Shown: positions 28,317-38,170 of the stretch, piece by piece
Numbering within the stretch: position 1 is the stretch's first letter
How the letters are laid out: every line of letters begins with the position of its first letter
Virus record (IMG/VR): IMGVR_UViG_3300027917_000026
DNA: 64,000 nucleotides
DNA from: an uncultured virus (IMG/VR IMGVR_UViG_3300027917_000026)
Taxonomy: Duplodnaviria; Heunggongvirae; Uroviricota; Caudoviricetes
Strand: one strand, 5' to 3'
Position numbers and translations under genes: made by a program
The notes under the pieces: model-generated
Databases searched by the model: none
Told to the model about the DNA's origin: nothing
What the model saw: the letters and a program-made list of their open reading frames with translations, nothing else

Positions 28317-30848
28317 TTATGAAATGATAGTATCTTCCGTTCGCACAACAGGAATCGATTGATCGGTGCCGGAAGTTGAACCGTCAGAACTGTAAGGTTT
28401 AATTTTCTTGACAGAACTTCGGGTATTTCTAACTTTAACCCTAAAGTAAACGGGTGATCCGGGGTAGATAATTGAAACTTGTTCTTCCGTGTTTGCGGCA
28501 TAACGATGCATAATCGCCGCAAACACTCGATCAGAGGAAGTTGTCACAATGGGAACGGCATTAATTTCAACATTATCTCCATTCCCTTGACCCGTAATTG
28601 GCGGATCAATAGTCACCGAGTTTGCACTATCTACCGTTTTAATGTAGGAAATCGCATTGCTTTGAGATTTGTTTAAAACCAAATCCCCTCTTTTTGCGTT
28701 GGTAAATGCACTGGCCTCCGTCAATGTCGTGGTGGTCGCACCTGTAATCGAAGGCAAATCGATGTTCGCCAAGGTAAACGTGTCGGTGCCGGAATCATAG
28801 GAAGAGTACCGAATAACATATTCATTATTGTCATCGGTAACATCGACCAAAATAATTCTTCCGGCAGATGGCACTTGATCGCCAATTGCGTCAACCGCAA
28901 TCGTGGTATCACCAATTGCTTCACCACCATCACAAGTCATTTCAGTTTTGTTAACATCTCCACCCGAAGCTGTCAACTGGTAAATTCCTACAAGGTCATC
29001 AGTATCAGTTGTCTCATCCGTACCCTCAAGATTCGTGACTTCAATGACTATTGATGTTGGTCGTTCCCTTGTGGTGCCGCCAATATCGGTCAGGATGAAA
29101 GAGTTTTCATCCGCCGCAAGGTAATCACTAAGTAGTAAACCCCGCGCCCCGAAATACGTGCCACCCGCGAAGGTGCCTAATGGTGCCGCAACCTTGGCGG
29201 CAAAATTACCCGCCGCACTTGGAGTAAAGTAATCGGAATCATCATCAGCATCAATTTGATTACTACCATTGAAAGTACCTCTTGTGGATCTAAGCAAAAC
29301 AATCTGATTGCTTGCATCGTGCGAAATAATTACTCCTGTCGCGCCACTTGTTTGTTGCGTAACAGACTCACCTTCCGCAATCGTGCCACTAATAGCACTA
29401 TACGTGAAGTATGCTGTGGCACCCTCATATTCTTCACCATAAATATCCGCTTGTGATAAGTCATCGGTAAATGCCTGTTCTACAATATCGGCATCACCTT
29501 GCGTGTATTGACAAATATATTTTGCCCATTGATAAACTTCTGTCAGTGGGTTCTGATTACAATCAATGGTCACACCGTAGTATTCGTCAGTGCCATCATT
29601 GTCTATATCTGCCGTAGTATTACCAATGACTAGATCGGGCGGCGTGCCGGAATTCGTAAACCAAGTTGAATCGGATGGCCCATCATCACTAGGCCCACTT
29701 GAAGCAGTTGCCGAACCACTACCCGCGCCTTGACTAGTAATAACATCACCATTTTGCAATGCTGTCAATGCGCCACCAGTGGTATCTTCCGCAATTGGGA
29801 AGTAAACAATTTCAGTGTCAACGGTCGAGTTTGTCAGGTCAATAATACCTCTTCCGCTTGATGTGCCACCCTCAATAATTTCACCATCAACAAACGTTCC
29901 CGTCCATGACCCTGTAGATATTTTCTTTGTTCCATGGCCTTGATCCAAATCAACGGCAGTCTGTAATGGTACAGGATTCCGACCACCGGATGTAGTTGAA
30001 TTGGCAACCTCAAATGAGGAGTAAAGATCACCACCCTTGCGTGCAAATACCCGCAAATAACCACCGTCAATAATCGGAAAACCGGATGACTTCCAATCTT
30101 TAATAGGCACAACGAAGTCAATATGACCTTGACCCCAATAATCAAGCGTTGTACTATTAACAGAATAAACGCGATTGCTGTCATCTGTAGTCAAACGCTC
30201 GCCTTGATACACATACAGGTGAACACTTGATTCAATAGTACCAATTGAGTAGATATTCGCCCAAATCATATCACCCGTAATCGCCGCCGTAGTAATTGAC
30301 GTTGCACTTTGGCCAGAACAGGTAAGGGTTCCTGTAGTATTGTCAAAGCTGTTACCAATTGCATCTGAATCTGGTCGGATGAAAAGATAGTCACTAGCGC
30401 CACCATCTGAAATGACTTCAAGCAAAGTGCCACTATCACCATCTGTATGCGTGATATCTACACCTCGATTTGTGTTATCTATATCACTTGATGCCGATGC
30501 GACTTCAACCATGACAATGCCTGTATTAGAATCCTGCACTCGCGCCCAATTCGCGGTACGCAAGGCACCACCAGTGATATGCTCCATCAAATCAAAAGTA
30601 ATATACCACGGATCATTATCACCCGCATCAATTATGCCGGTAGTATATTCGACAGGGGTTTCAGCGGAGAACGCTGAACCATCGTCAATAGTTGTTTCTT
30701 CATCCAACAGATTCGCCATTGCCGAGTATAATTCATTCATGGTGTAGTTATCATTGCTACCACCAATCCAATACATCATCTTTGTTCGATTATTGGAAAA
30801 GTAGTAAACGCCGATATCACCATTTAGAATAGTTGTATCATTCGCCAT
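28317..30848 (-). CDS. large acidic beta-rich virion-type protein
   Basis: 843 aa, Gly/Thr/Asp/Ser-rich; repeated GExIxxxTS(G)AxG-like modules. Confidence 0.75.
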   Translation of the reverse strand: MANDTTILNGDIGVYYFSNNRTKMMYWIGGSNDNYTMNELYSAMANLLDEETTIDDGSAFSAETPVEYTTGIIDAGDNDPWYITFDLMEHITGGALRTANWARVQDSNTGIVMVEVASASSDIDNTNRGVDITHTDGDSGTLLEVISDGGASDYLFIRPDSDAIGNSFDNTTGTLTCSGQSATSITTAAITGDMIWANIYSIGTIESSVHLYVYQGERLTTDDSNRVYSVNSTTLDYWGQGHIDFVVPIKDWKSSGFPIIDGGYLRVFARKGGDLYSSFEVANSTTSGGRNPVPLQTAVDLDQGHGTKKISTGSWTGTFVDGEIIEGGTSSGRGIIDLTNSTVDTEIVYFPIAEDTTGGALTALQNGDVITSQGAGSGSATASSGPSDDGPSDSTWFTNSGTPPDLVIGNTTADIDNDGTDEYYGVTIDCNQNPLTEVYQWAKYICQYTQGDADIVEQAFTDDLSQADIYGEEYEGATAYFTYSAISGTIAEGESVTQQTSGATGVIISHDASNQIVLLRSTRGTFNGSNQIDADDDSDYFTPSAAGNFAAKVAAPLGTFAGGTYFGARGLLLSDYLAADENSFILTDIGGTTRERPTSIVIEVTNLEGTDETTDTDDLVGIYQLTASGGDVNKTEMTCDGGEAIGDTTIAVDAIGDQVPSAGRIILVDVTDDNNEYVIRYSSYDSGTDTFTLANIDLPSITGATTTTLTEASAFTNAKRGDLVLNKSQSNAISYIKTVDSANSVTIDPPITGQGNGDNVEINAVPIVTTSSDRVFAAIMHRYAANTEEQVSIIYPGSPVYFRVKVRNTRSSVKKIKPYSSDGSTSGTDQSIPVVRTEDTIIS

Positions 30849-30916
30849 TTAACATTTCTCCTTAAGGTTTGTAGTTATCAGTTAATCCCAAAACTATTGC
30901 TGTTTTCATCACCCCC

Positions 30917-32626
30917 TTAAGTAGTTGTTGTGGTTGTGGTTGTTGTCGTTGTGGTTCCAATCCAAGTATTTAGCGGATCTACAACTAATGTTATTGACAA
31001 TGACAAACCACTTGCACCGATAGTTTGTAGTGAACTATATGCCTTATATTTTGTGCCACCATATGCGCCACTTGCCTCCCTTGCCCTAACCTCTGCTTCG
31101 GCAGGTGTTGACCCTGTATAATTTGCACTGACCTCACCACTTGCATTTGTTACCGTATTAACTACTTCCGTTCTGTCAGATGTTAAATAAATTCCAACCC
31201 TCACATCTTTAAGCGTATTGCCATCTTCATCCTTTACGGTAATTGCAATCGGCACTGATCCAGTAATATTTACAGTATCACCCGTTCTTGCCTTGTAGTA
31301 ACTTATCGTGCCTGTCGTTCCAGTATGGGCAACAGTCCATGTGGTATCACTACCTTTATCTGGAAAGTAAAGAACAGAAGTTGTTTGTTGGTCAGACGTG
31401 CTAAAATCAGTGAAAGTCATGTTAGTTAAATTGATAGTGGTCGGCGCGGAAGTACCAAATTCAATTGCATGATGTGACCCCGCGCCTTTTGTGAAAGTCA
31501 TATCATTTAAGTAGGTATTTGGATCACTAGATTCATTCCATAAAAGCGCACCACCACCCGCACTGCCGCCACCTGTAACAGCCGATACAAGAATGCTAGA
31601 ATAAGATAAATCTCCGCCACCCGGATCTACTTGCAAACACCTGACCCACCTACATTGCAAGGCAACTGTATTGGAGTCAAATGTAAATGTTCCCATATCT
31701 TGAAATGAACACGTTTCAAGATTTATATCAGCATTTGCATTTGTAACCCATCTTCCTTTTGATGCATTTGTTGATGGAGTAATACAGATAAATTGAAAGT
31801 TAGTCATATCAACGCGAGAACCAGAATTATTTACTTCAATGGTATTAAAGTTTGACGTAACTTTTGGACACCATTTGACTAGAATAATTCTGTTACTATC
31901 TCTGAAGTCAACTGCATTAGACGCGGTGCCAAGAGTCATCTTACCTTGCCACAAATAACCACCAAGCACGCGAGTTATCAAGCCCCATCTATTGTAGCCA
32001 TTTGTTCCATCATTATAGGCATCCTCTGTAGCAAACCCGTCTATCGTGCAATAATCAGCCGTTTCACCAAATTCAAAAATTGACGAACATCTTCCATATC
32101 TAATTGCATCACAACCATGCGGATAACCCTTGCCCGAACCAGTCGCCACATTAACAGTACTACCCACAACCTCTTCAGATGTTGTTGGCGAACCAACTGT
32201 AACATCGACACTGACAGTAGTATTTACAGCATTGCAAACCCATCCGCCAGCCGGATATGGCGGAATATCTACACCACCAACATGCCAGACATAAAAATGG
32301 TTTGGGTCATTTCCTACAGCAATCCCAAATCCGCCATTGCTGTAATTTTGCAGGTTACTATTTACTCCGTACATTTGCCAAACCAAATATGCACCATCGG
32401 TTCCATGACCACCTGTACCACTACCATTATCATAAGCAATAGATCCTAATGCTGTTTTCGTACAAATCTGCGTAATGGCGTACTGGCCTTGAATAAATTG
32501 GTAGTCAGTATCAGCCGCAATTCCTCCTTGACCATCATAGTTGCCAGCTTGCAACTCATCCCAACCACTAGTTGATTCGGCAAGATTAAAATCAGTTAAA
32601 TCTTCTGTATAACTAGGCGCGGTCAT
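30917..32626 (-). CDS. virion-type protein (beta-rich, C-terminal Ig-like domain) with C-terminal T12
   Basis: 569 aa; ITVKDEDG...TNASG; ends GTTTTTTTTTTTT. Confidence 0.75.
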   Translation of the reverse strand: MTAPSYTEDLTDFNLAESTSGWDELQAGNYDGQGGIAADTDYQFIQGQYAITQICTKTALGSIAYDNGSGTGGHGTDGAYLVWQMYGVNSNLQNYSNGGFGIAVGNDPNHFYVWHVGGVDIPPYPAGGWVCNAVNTTVSVDVTVGSPTTSEEVVGSTVNVATGSGKGYPHGCDAIRYGRCSSIFEFGETADYCTIDGFATEDAYNDGTNGYNRWGLITRVLGGYLWQGKMTLGTASNAVDFRDSNRIILVKWCPKVTSNFNTIEVNNSGSRVDMTNFQFICITPSTNASKGRWVTNANADINLETCSFQDMGTFTFDSNTVALQCRWVRCLQVDPGGGDLSYSSILVSAVTGGGSAGGGALLWNESSDPNTYLNDMTFTKGAGSHHAIEFGTSAPTTINLTNMTFTDFSTSDQQTTSVLYFPDKGSDTTWTVAHTGTTGTISYYKARTGDTVNITGSVPIAITVKDEDGNTLKDVRVGIYLTSDRTEVVNTVTNASGEVSANYTGSTPAEAEVRAREASGAYGGTKYKAYSSLQTIGASGLSLSITLVVDPLNTWIGTTTTTTTTTTTT

Positions 32627-33077
32627 TCTTAAACATCTCCATTCTCTTTTTTACTTCTTGTTTAATCCATGGTAATTCAACACCTTTGGCTCGATGCACA
32701 ACAAAAGTTCCATTGCGGTGAATAACTACTGAAAAACCATCTTTTAAGAATGCTTTGATTTGTTTTCCTACAACGCTATTGATATCATAGTCTGGATCCA
32801 CAAGTCCGAACATTATTTTATTTTCGCCAATTCTTTCAAAAATTACATGGCAGTTATTCGGTCTTAATGATGGATTACATTTTTCCATTGCATTGTAGGC
32901 ACATTTATATTCTTTGCAACGTTGCGGTATTGCTAAGTTGTAAATCTTGCAACCATTCTTGGGATCACAATGCCTACACCACTTTCCGGCTGGGCTGTCC
33001 ATCCAAAATACATCTAACAATTTGCAACATAGCGTGCAGTCATCACATTTCACGTTGGCACCTATCAATAATTTCAC
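32613..33077 (-). CDS. CxxCxxCC (YkgJ/FliB-like) metal-binding protein
   Basis: CDDCTLCC ... CRHC ... CKIY ... C; start uncertain. Confidence 0.75.
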   Translation of the reverse strand: MKLLIGANVKCDDCTLCCKLLDVFWMDSPAGKWCRHCDPKNGCKIYNLAIPQRCKEYKCAYNAMEKCNPSLRPNNCHVIFERIGENKIMFGLVDPDYDINSVVGKQIKAFLKDGFSVVIHRNGTFVVHRAKGVELPWIKQEVKKRMEMFKNDRA

Positions 33078-33441
33078 TTGTAGATGTTCTGAAACGAAAG
33101 TTGATAAATTTGACTTCGGCTAAATCCTCACCCACAATGGGTTTGCCTTTCCAATCCGCACCTTTAACAATGTAGTCAGGCTTGACCATTTTTATTGTTT
33201 CATATAATTCGGGTTCGCCATCAAAAATAATTACTTCATCAATCAATCGAATTGACAACAAAATATATTGTCGTTGATCCTGATTCATAATAGGTCTGCC
33301 ATCACCCTTTAATTCGTGAACGGATCTATCAGAATTTAAACCGACAATCAGATAGTCACCAAAACCCCTTGCTTGCTCGAAGCAATCAATGTGACCTGGA
33401 TGTAGTAAATCAAAACAACCGTTTGTCCATACCTTAATCAT
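33043..33441 (-). CDS. hldC: D-glycero-beta-D-manno-heptose-1-phosphate adenylyltransferase (HldE domain II)
   Basis: WTNGCFDLLHPGH, VGLNSDRSVHELKG.GRP, VKGADW, STS. Confidence 0.92.
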   Translation of the reverse strand: MIKVWTNGCFDLLHPGHIDCFEQARGFGDYLIVGLNSDRSVHELKGDGRPIMNQDQRQYILLSIRLIDEVIIFDGEPELYETIKMVKPDYIVKGADWKGKPIVGEDLAEVKFINFRFRTSTSEIIDRCQREM

Positions 33442-34744
33442 TTATACCTCCTTTATGATAGTAAGTATCGGCGTCTGAATGGTGCGTGCTAAATTCAATG
33501 AATGTAGCAAACCCTGTTTCCGCCTTGAATCTGTGATTGATCCCGGGCCTAATCCGAAAGAAGTCACCCGCCCCTAGCCTATGAATTTTGTCATCCAAAA
33601 TATCAAGTAGTAAAACACCATTGGTCACATAAAAAGTTTCATCTTTTTTCTTATGACTATGATATTTGCCTTTACTACTCCACACACTATGTACTGTTAA
33701 CTCTTTGCCGCAGTACATATCATTATTTTCGATCCACTTTTCAAAACCCCAATCCTTCGACACATGCTTTGCCTTACTGATTTTAAATTTCTCATCTTGG
33801 AAGATATCATCCCAAGTGACCGTTGCGGTTCCTACTTTTGAAACCACCATTGATGATGCTTTATTGGCATATCTCAATGTAGTACTTGTCGAAAACTTTC
33901 CGCGTTCAACTGCACCAAAGACAAAACCAAGTACAGCAAAAAATGTGTCACCCGCACCTGTCAGATCATTTACTTCAACGAATTCAGATTCGATTTTCAA
34001 GGGTTTCTCATAATAAGTGCGACCTTTATCCATATATAATAAACCATCCTTGCCAAGAGTGACTACAAGCCGTTCCGTATCGGCACACTCATCCAGTATT
34101 TTCTTTGCGGCAAGTTGGTAGTCATTTTCAATGCCTGATGCCAAACCCGCTTCATAACGATTGCATTTTATCAATTCGACTTTTCCATATTTCATGTAGT
34201 CAACTTTATTATTTGGCGGATCAACTAAAATATTGGTATTGCCACATGATTGAATTTCATCAATTACTTCATCTGTAATAACGCCCTTGCCATAATCGCT
34301 TATCATAATAACATCAACTTCCGGCAAGATATGATTCAATCTTGATCTAAGCGTTGCGGTAATTCGTTTGTCTACAGGTGCCATAGATTCAGTATCTAAG
34401 CGGCATACCTGCTGACCATTCGCAATGATCCTATTTTTCAAGGTTGTCGGTCGTTTGTCATCGATGATTAACCCTGAAGTATTTATCCCATACTTATCAA
34501 GTAAATGAATTAATTCTTTTCCTTGGTTATCATTTCCTACAACACCGACAATGTAAACTTGCGCACCTAGCGCAATCAAATTACTACAAACATTACCCGC
34601 ACCACCGGGCATTTCGTTTGAATTGCCATCCATAGTAATTAATAGTGCAGATGCTTCTGGATTTACCCGATTGTTAGTGCCGTACAAGTAGGTATCCAGC
34701 ATTACATCACCGACAACTAAAATTTTTGGATTTTTGTTTTGCAT
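33434..34744 (-). CDS. hldA: heptose-7-phosphate kinase (HldE domain I, PfkB family) fused to C-terminal cupin
   Basis: VVGDVMLD, PGGAGNV, TTLKNR, SDYGKG, DLTGAGD; C-terminal KDWGFEKW...HSHKKKDETF...HRF cupin. Confidence 0.92.
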   Translation of the reverse strand: MQNKNPKILVVGDVMLDTYLYGTNNRVNPEASALLITMDGNSNEMPGGAGNVCSNLIALGAQVYIVGVVGNDNQGKELIHLLDKYGINTSGLIIDDKRPTTLKNRIIANGQQVCRLDTESMAPVDKRITATLRSRLNHILPEVDVIMISDYGKGVITDEVIDEIQSCGNTNILVDPPNNKVDYMKYGKVELIKCNRYEAGLASGIENDYQLAAKKILDECADTERLVVTLGKDGLLYMDKGRTYYEKPLKIESEFVEVNDLTGAGDTFFAVLGFVFGAVERGKFSTSTTLRYANKASSMVVSKVGTATVTWDDIFQDEKFKISKAKHVSKDWGFEKWIENNDMYCGKELTVHSVWSSKGKYHSHKKKDETFYVTNGVLLLDILDDKIHRLGAGDFFRIRPGINHRFKAETGFATFIEFSTHHSDADTYYHKGGIND

Positions 34745-35308
34745 TTAACTACACCTTTTTATTTTAAACTTATATCCGCACTCGCCATTCGGCGGCGTTT
34801 CTTCAGGGTTTTCGGGATATGATTTCCTTCTGTCAAAATTACAACCTTGCGTTGGATCATCATATACTTTACAATAACTTTCCCTTTGACCCCATTTATA
34901 CTTCCATTCAAGAAACTTACAACCAATCTCAATCTTTACTACACGTGCGAATAGATGATTACTTCCATTATAGCCAACGTCTCGCTCATCAACCTCTTCG
35001 ATCCATGATGAAACTTTTTGCACAAAACGCTTGTCACACTTACTTTCATTGTAGGCAAGTATCCTTGCTTTTTTAGAACTGTAACTTTCAGGATAGTAGT
35101 AATATTCAATCCGATCACAACACCATCCGCAATCAGTACATCTGCCGTAGCGTTCATATTCAGTAGTCAAACGGTTATCACCACCTTTTGTTCCGAATTT
35201 TTGAAAATGGCTACCACCCATCCTATTCAACACCCCTGTCGAGTTAGGATTTATCTTTTGCTTGTCACAACAAAATAGGGTGGTAGCCATAGTCATATTC
35301 CCTTTCAA
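34745..35308 (-). CDS. CxxCxxCC (YkgJ-like) metal-binding protein
   Basis: CTDCGWCC ... CKFL ... CKVY ... C ... YP ... CGY. Confidence 0.72.
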   Translation of the reverse strand: MKGNMTMATTLFCCDKQKINPNSTGVLNRMGGSHFQKFGTKGGDNRLTTEYERYGRCTDCGWCCDRIEYYYYPESYSSKKARILAYNESKCDKRFVQKVSSWIEEVDERDVGYNGSNHLFARVVKIEIGCKFLEWKYKWGQRESYCKVYDDPTQGCNFDRRKSYPENPEETPPNGECGYKFKIKRCS

Positions 35309-35312
35309 TGAT

Positions 35313-35768
35313 TTAATTGCCTGTTTGCACTTGAACCTTTACACTGAAAGGTCTTCCAATGGGCAATTTGATAACGATGTAGTCATTGCCTGTTGATTCA
35401 TCAACAGCCTGATTACTATAAGCCGTTTGGTATCCCTCATTGTCTACAGCCGTCAAAACAAAGTATGCATTGACAGTTGTTCCTGACGCACCGGGTATTA
35501 CCATGGTCTGGGCTGAAGTATAATTACCATCGGTATCCGCCGAATCATAAGGAATGACAATATCTGCACCGTTAACATCTTTTGCCGCCGTGTATGGCCC
35601 GCCGGAAGCAAAGCCGATATAAAGCCGCCATTCTCTAAGGTTCGCAAGATCATCTGTCGATTGCTCCCAAAGAAATGTAAAAGTTTGGTTAACGTCAGCA
35701 AATGTAGGCAATACCCAAAAAGAAAACACACAAAATGCGATAACTAGAATTTTAAATATTTTTTTCAT
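35313..35768 (-). CDS. secreted Fn3-like protein
   Basis: signal peptide MKKIFKILVIAFCVFSFWVLPTFA; W...Y.G..SGGPY...YFVLTAVD. Confidence 0.7.
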   Translation of the reverse strand: MKKIFKILVIAFCVFSFWVLPTFADVNQTFTFLWEQSTDDLANLREWRLYIGFASGGPYTAAKDVNGADIVIPYDSADTDGNYTSAQTMVIPGASGTTVNAYFVLTAVDNEGYQTAYSNQAVDESTGNDYIVIKLPIGRPFSVKVQVQTGN

Positions 35769-35944
35769 TGTTGATCTCCATCAAAGTCTGGATGCGGGTG
35801 GCTTGCCGGATCTTTGGCTACCACTTTGGCGTATGATGCCTGATATTGAGCGTCAATTTCTTCCTGTTTCATATTTGCGGATCGCGCCAATTCAATTGCC
35901 AAAGAGAACATACCCGCAACCGCGTTAGCAATTGCTGCGGACAT
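35765..35944 (-). CDS. small hypothetical protein
   Basis: AAGGAG RBS before ATG 35944. Confidence 0.55.
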   Translation of the reverse strand: MSAAIANAVAGMFSLAIELARSANMKQEEIDAQYQASYAKVVAKDPASHPHPDFDGDQQ

Positions 35945-35969
35945 TTTTATATCTCCTTTTAAAGTTAGA

Positions 35970-36392
35970 TTAATCAACGTATGCCAGCAGAGTATTAATC
36001 AGTTGAACAAGTTGATACTCAAGTTCTGCTGATGGAACCCCGCCAGCGATGACTACCTCATTATAGGCTTTAAGCATGGGATGCACTTGAATAAAGATAT
36101 CCCTTTTTGCTTTCAGCACTTTTGCTTCATCAGCCGCAAAATTTGTACGCAACATTTCCGGCTTAATCAAGCTGGGATCGCCTTTTAGCTGTAGTCGTTC
36201 TGCCGCCGATATGCTTGACAAAAGAATTTGATCCAAGTAAAGATCGTATTGCCTTGCATAGACATTGTTCATCCATGTAGCATTTTGCTTGGGAGTCATA
36301 TCACCCAAACCCGGCAAGCTTGAACATCCTGCAATTGCTACAATTAAAAGTGCAATCAAGCCAACACTAAGCAACTGATTTTTTCTTAACAT
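35970..36392 (-). CDS. lipoprotein (lysis region, possible spanin component)
   Basis: basic n-region, hydrophobic h-region and lipobox IAGC. Confidence 0.7.
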   Translation of the reverse strand: MLRKNQLLSVGLIALLIVAIAGCSSLPGLGDMTPKQNATWMNNVYARQYDLYLDQILLSSISAAERLQLKGDPSLIKPEMLRTNFAADEAKVLKAKRDIFIQVHPMLKAYNEVVIAGGVPSAELEYQLVQLINTLLAYVD

Positions 36393-36427
36393 TTTCTCAC
36401 CACCTTTCAAATTCATTTAACTCCTTT

Positions 36428-36709
36428 TTATTCCCTTGGTTTTCTTACGGTTCGTTGAAGCTCATACAGACCTGTCGCGCTTGCGCCGACCATCAAACCG
36501 TATAATGAGTAGTCAACGATATTTACTACCGTAAACGGCAACCCATTATACGGAATTGCTACAAGCCCCAAAACCATTCCAGCGGCACACGCAATTGCAG
36601 TCTTGTACTTATCCGTAAACGTCACAAACTTGTAGATAATTCCAAGTACCACCATCAGAATCACTGGCAATGCGTATTGCCCGAAAGTAACATCAATCGC
36701 TGGATCCAT
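36428..36709 (-). CDS. holin
   Basis: 93 aa, three TM segments, G..ASATGLYE motif, basic C-terminus. Confidence 0.75.
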   Translation of the reverse strand: MDPAIDVTFGQYALPVILMVVLGIIYKFVTFTDKYKTAIACAAGMVLGLVAIPYNGLPFTVVNIVDYSLYGLMVGASATGLYELQRTVRKPRE

Positions 36710-37193
36710 TTGTTTTACCTCCTTTCTTTTTTTCTAATAACTGCATTTGCAAATCTTCTCTTTGTTTTTGTTTATGTTGTTCTTTTAAACAATGTTTGCA
36801 ACCCTCAACCGGCCGCCCACAATAAGAACAACGGATAAAAACTCTTCTTTCATTAAAAGTTCCATCATTATATTTATAAGACAAATAAACTCTTCGTGTC
36901 ATCCTTATATTAATGGCAACTAACGAAGATAAGACAACTAATGGCCCAACAGACCACCAAAAAGATTTTATAAAATAATCGTAATATGGATTATTCAAAG
37001 CATAAATAATCCTTGAGTAAATACCAATTGCGGAAGATATTCCAATGCCAAGAAACATTACAGTAATGTAGATATAAATTTCCGTGGCCTTTCCCATCTT
37101 CCACCACCACCATCCAAAAAGGCCTAGCCCATATGTAGATATAAAGGCAATAACTATATATACCCACGTTGTATAGTCAATCAATCCACTCAT
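36693..37193 (-). CDS. three-TM membrane protein with Cys-rich C-terminus
   Basis: hydrophobic helices; CSYC..CKHC. Confidence 0.65.
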   Translation of the reverse strand: MSGLIDYTTWVYIVIAFISTYGLGLFGWWWWKMGKATEIYIYITVMFLGIGISSAIGIYSRIIYALNNPYYDYFIKSFWWSVGPLVVLSSLVAINIRMTRRVYLSYKYNDGTFNERRVFIRCSYCGRPVEGCKHCLKEQHKQKQREDLQMQLLEKKKGGKTNGSSD

Positions 37194-37429
37194 TTTTTAT
37201 TACACTCCTTTACTACATCCAAGACACACTTTGGATCGTTTTTTACCAACCTTAAAAACCAATCGTCTTCGCCATTAAGCGTGGCACGTGTAACTACATC
37301 AAGTCGGGCATCTAAATCCTTTCGTATTATTTCCTGATTTACTTGAACAGTTTCAGCATCAAATATGCTTTTGACTAGACGGGAGAAAACCCGAAAACGA
37401 AAAACCTTGTCAAGCAAACTCATTTCCAT
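37190..37429 (-). CDS. hypothetical protein
   Basis: 79 aa packed ORF. Confidence 0.6.
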   Translation of the reverse strand: MEMSLLDKVFRFRVFSRLVKSIFDAETVQVNQEIIRKDLDARLDVVTRATLNGEDDWFLRLVKNDPKCVLDVVKECNKK

Positions 37430-37653
37430 TAATCCTCCCTTTTTTGCCCCCGACTCACTAGGATTTCAAGAAGAGTAACCATTTTGGATTGTCTCTCAAT
37501 GTCAGCTTGACTTCCATTTACCAATTTGCTGATAGTCTCATCCTTTTTCACAATAATTCGATACATAAGGTAGATCACTGTCAATAGCGCAACCACAGCA
37601 GGTGTAAATTTGAAAATTTCAACAATAACTTCAGGTTTTAGCAATTGTGTCAT
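37429..37653 (-). CDS. single-TM coiled-coil protein (holin-like)
   Basis: N-terminal TM followed by coiled coil. Confidence 0.55.
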   Translation of the reverse strand: MTQLLKPEVIVEIFKFTPAVVALLTVIYLMYRIIVKKDETISKLVNGSQADIERQSKMVTLLEILVSRGQKRED

Positions 37654-37943
37654 GTCGTCGTCGTAGTACTAGTTGTTGTCGTGGTGGTTGTAGTTGTTGT
37701 GGTCGTTGTAGATATATGGTGATATCCCGGCTCAAGTGCCTTACGTTCCCAATTTTGACTACTTGATTTATAAACAAGAATATCTCCATTCGTCAAACCT
37801 GTTGTGTCGGTATCCAACAATGCTGTAAATTTCAATAGGGTATTATTCAATACCGTCCAATTATAATTTACTACATCAGTGCGCCAATTGGTGTACCCAA
37901 TATCACAATACCTTAAACCACTTGATAATGCATAATAAGCCAT
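37650..37943 (-). CDS. short tail-fibre-module protein with C-terminal poly-Thr tail
   Basis: N-terminal module paralogous to 37953..38162 and 40706..42298; 19-residue T/S tail. Confidence 0.75.
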   Translation of the reverse strand: MAYYALSSGLRYCDIGYTNWRTDVVNYNWTVLNNTLLKFTALLDTDTTGLTNGDILVYKSSSQNWERKALEPGYHHISTTTTTTTTTTTTTSTTTTT

Positions 37944-37952
37944 TTTACTCCT

Positions 37953-38162
37953 TTATGGATAAATTCCTACAACCCATTTTGATTTTGCACTATCCCAATA
38001 TAAGAAGCTATTGTCTTTAAGCTTATCCGTTTTAACATCTTGCAATGCCTGTATCTTGAGAAGTACCGCATTAAGCAATTCAACATTTCTGTTATACAAC
38101 GCCCACCAATCGGCTTGATTGTATGTATCTGTTTCTAAACCACTTGGAGATAATACTGTCAT
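37953..38162 (-). CDS. short tail-fibre-module protein
   Basis: start 38162 (MTVLSPSGL) after GAGGA; paralogous module, no Thr tail. Confidence 0.7.
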   Translation of the reverse strand: MTVLSPSGLETDTYNQADWWALYNRNVELLNAVLLKIQALQDVKTDKLKDNSFLYWDSAKSKWVVGIYP

Positions 38163-38170
38163 TTCTTCCT

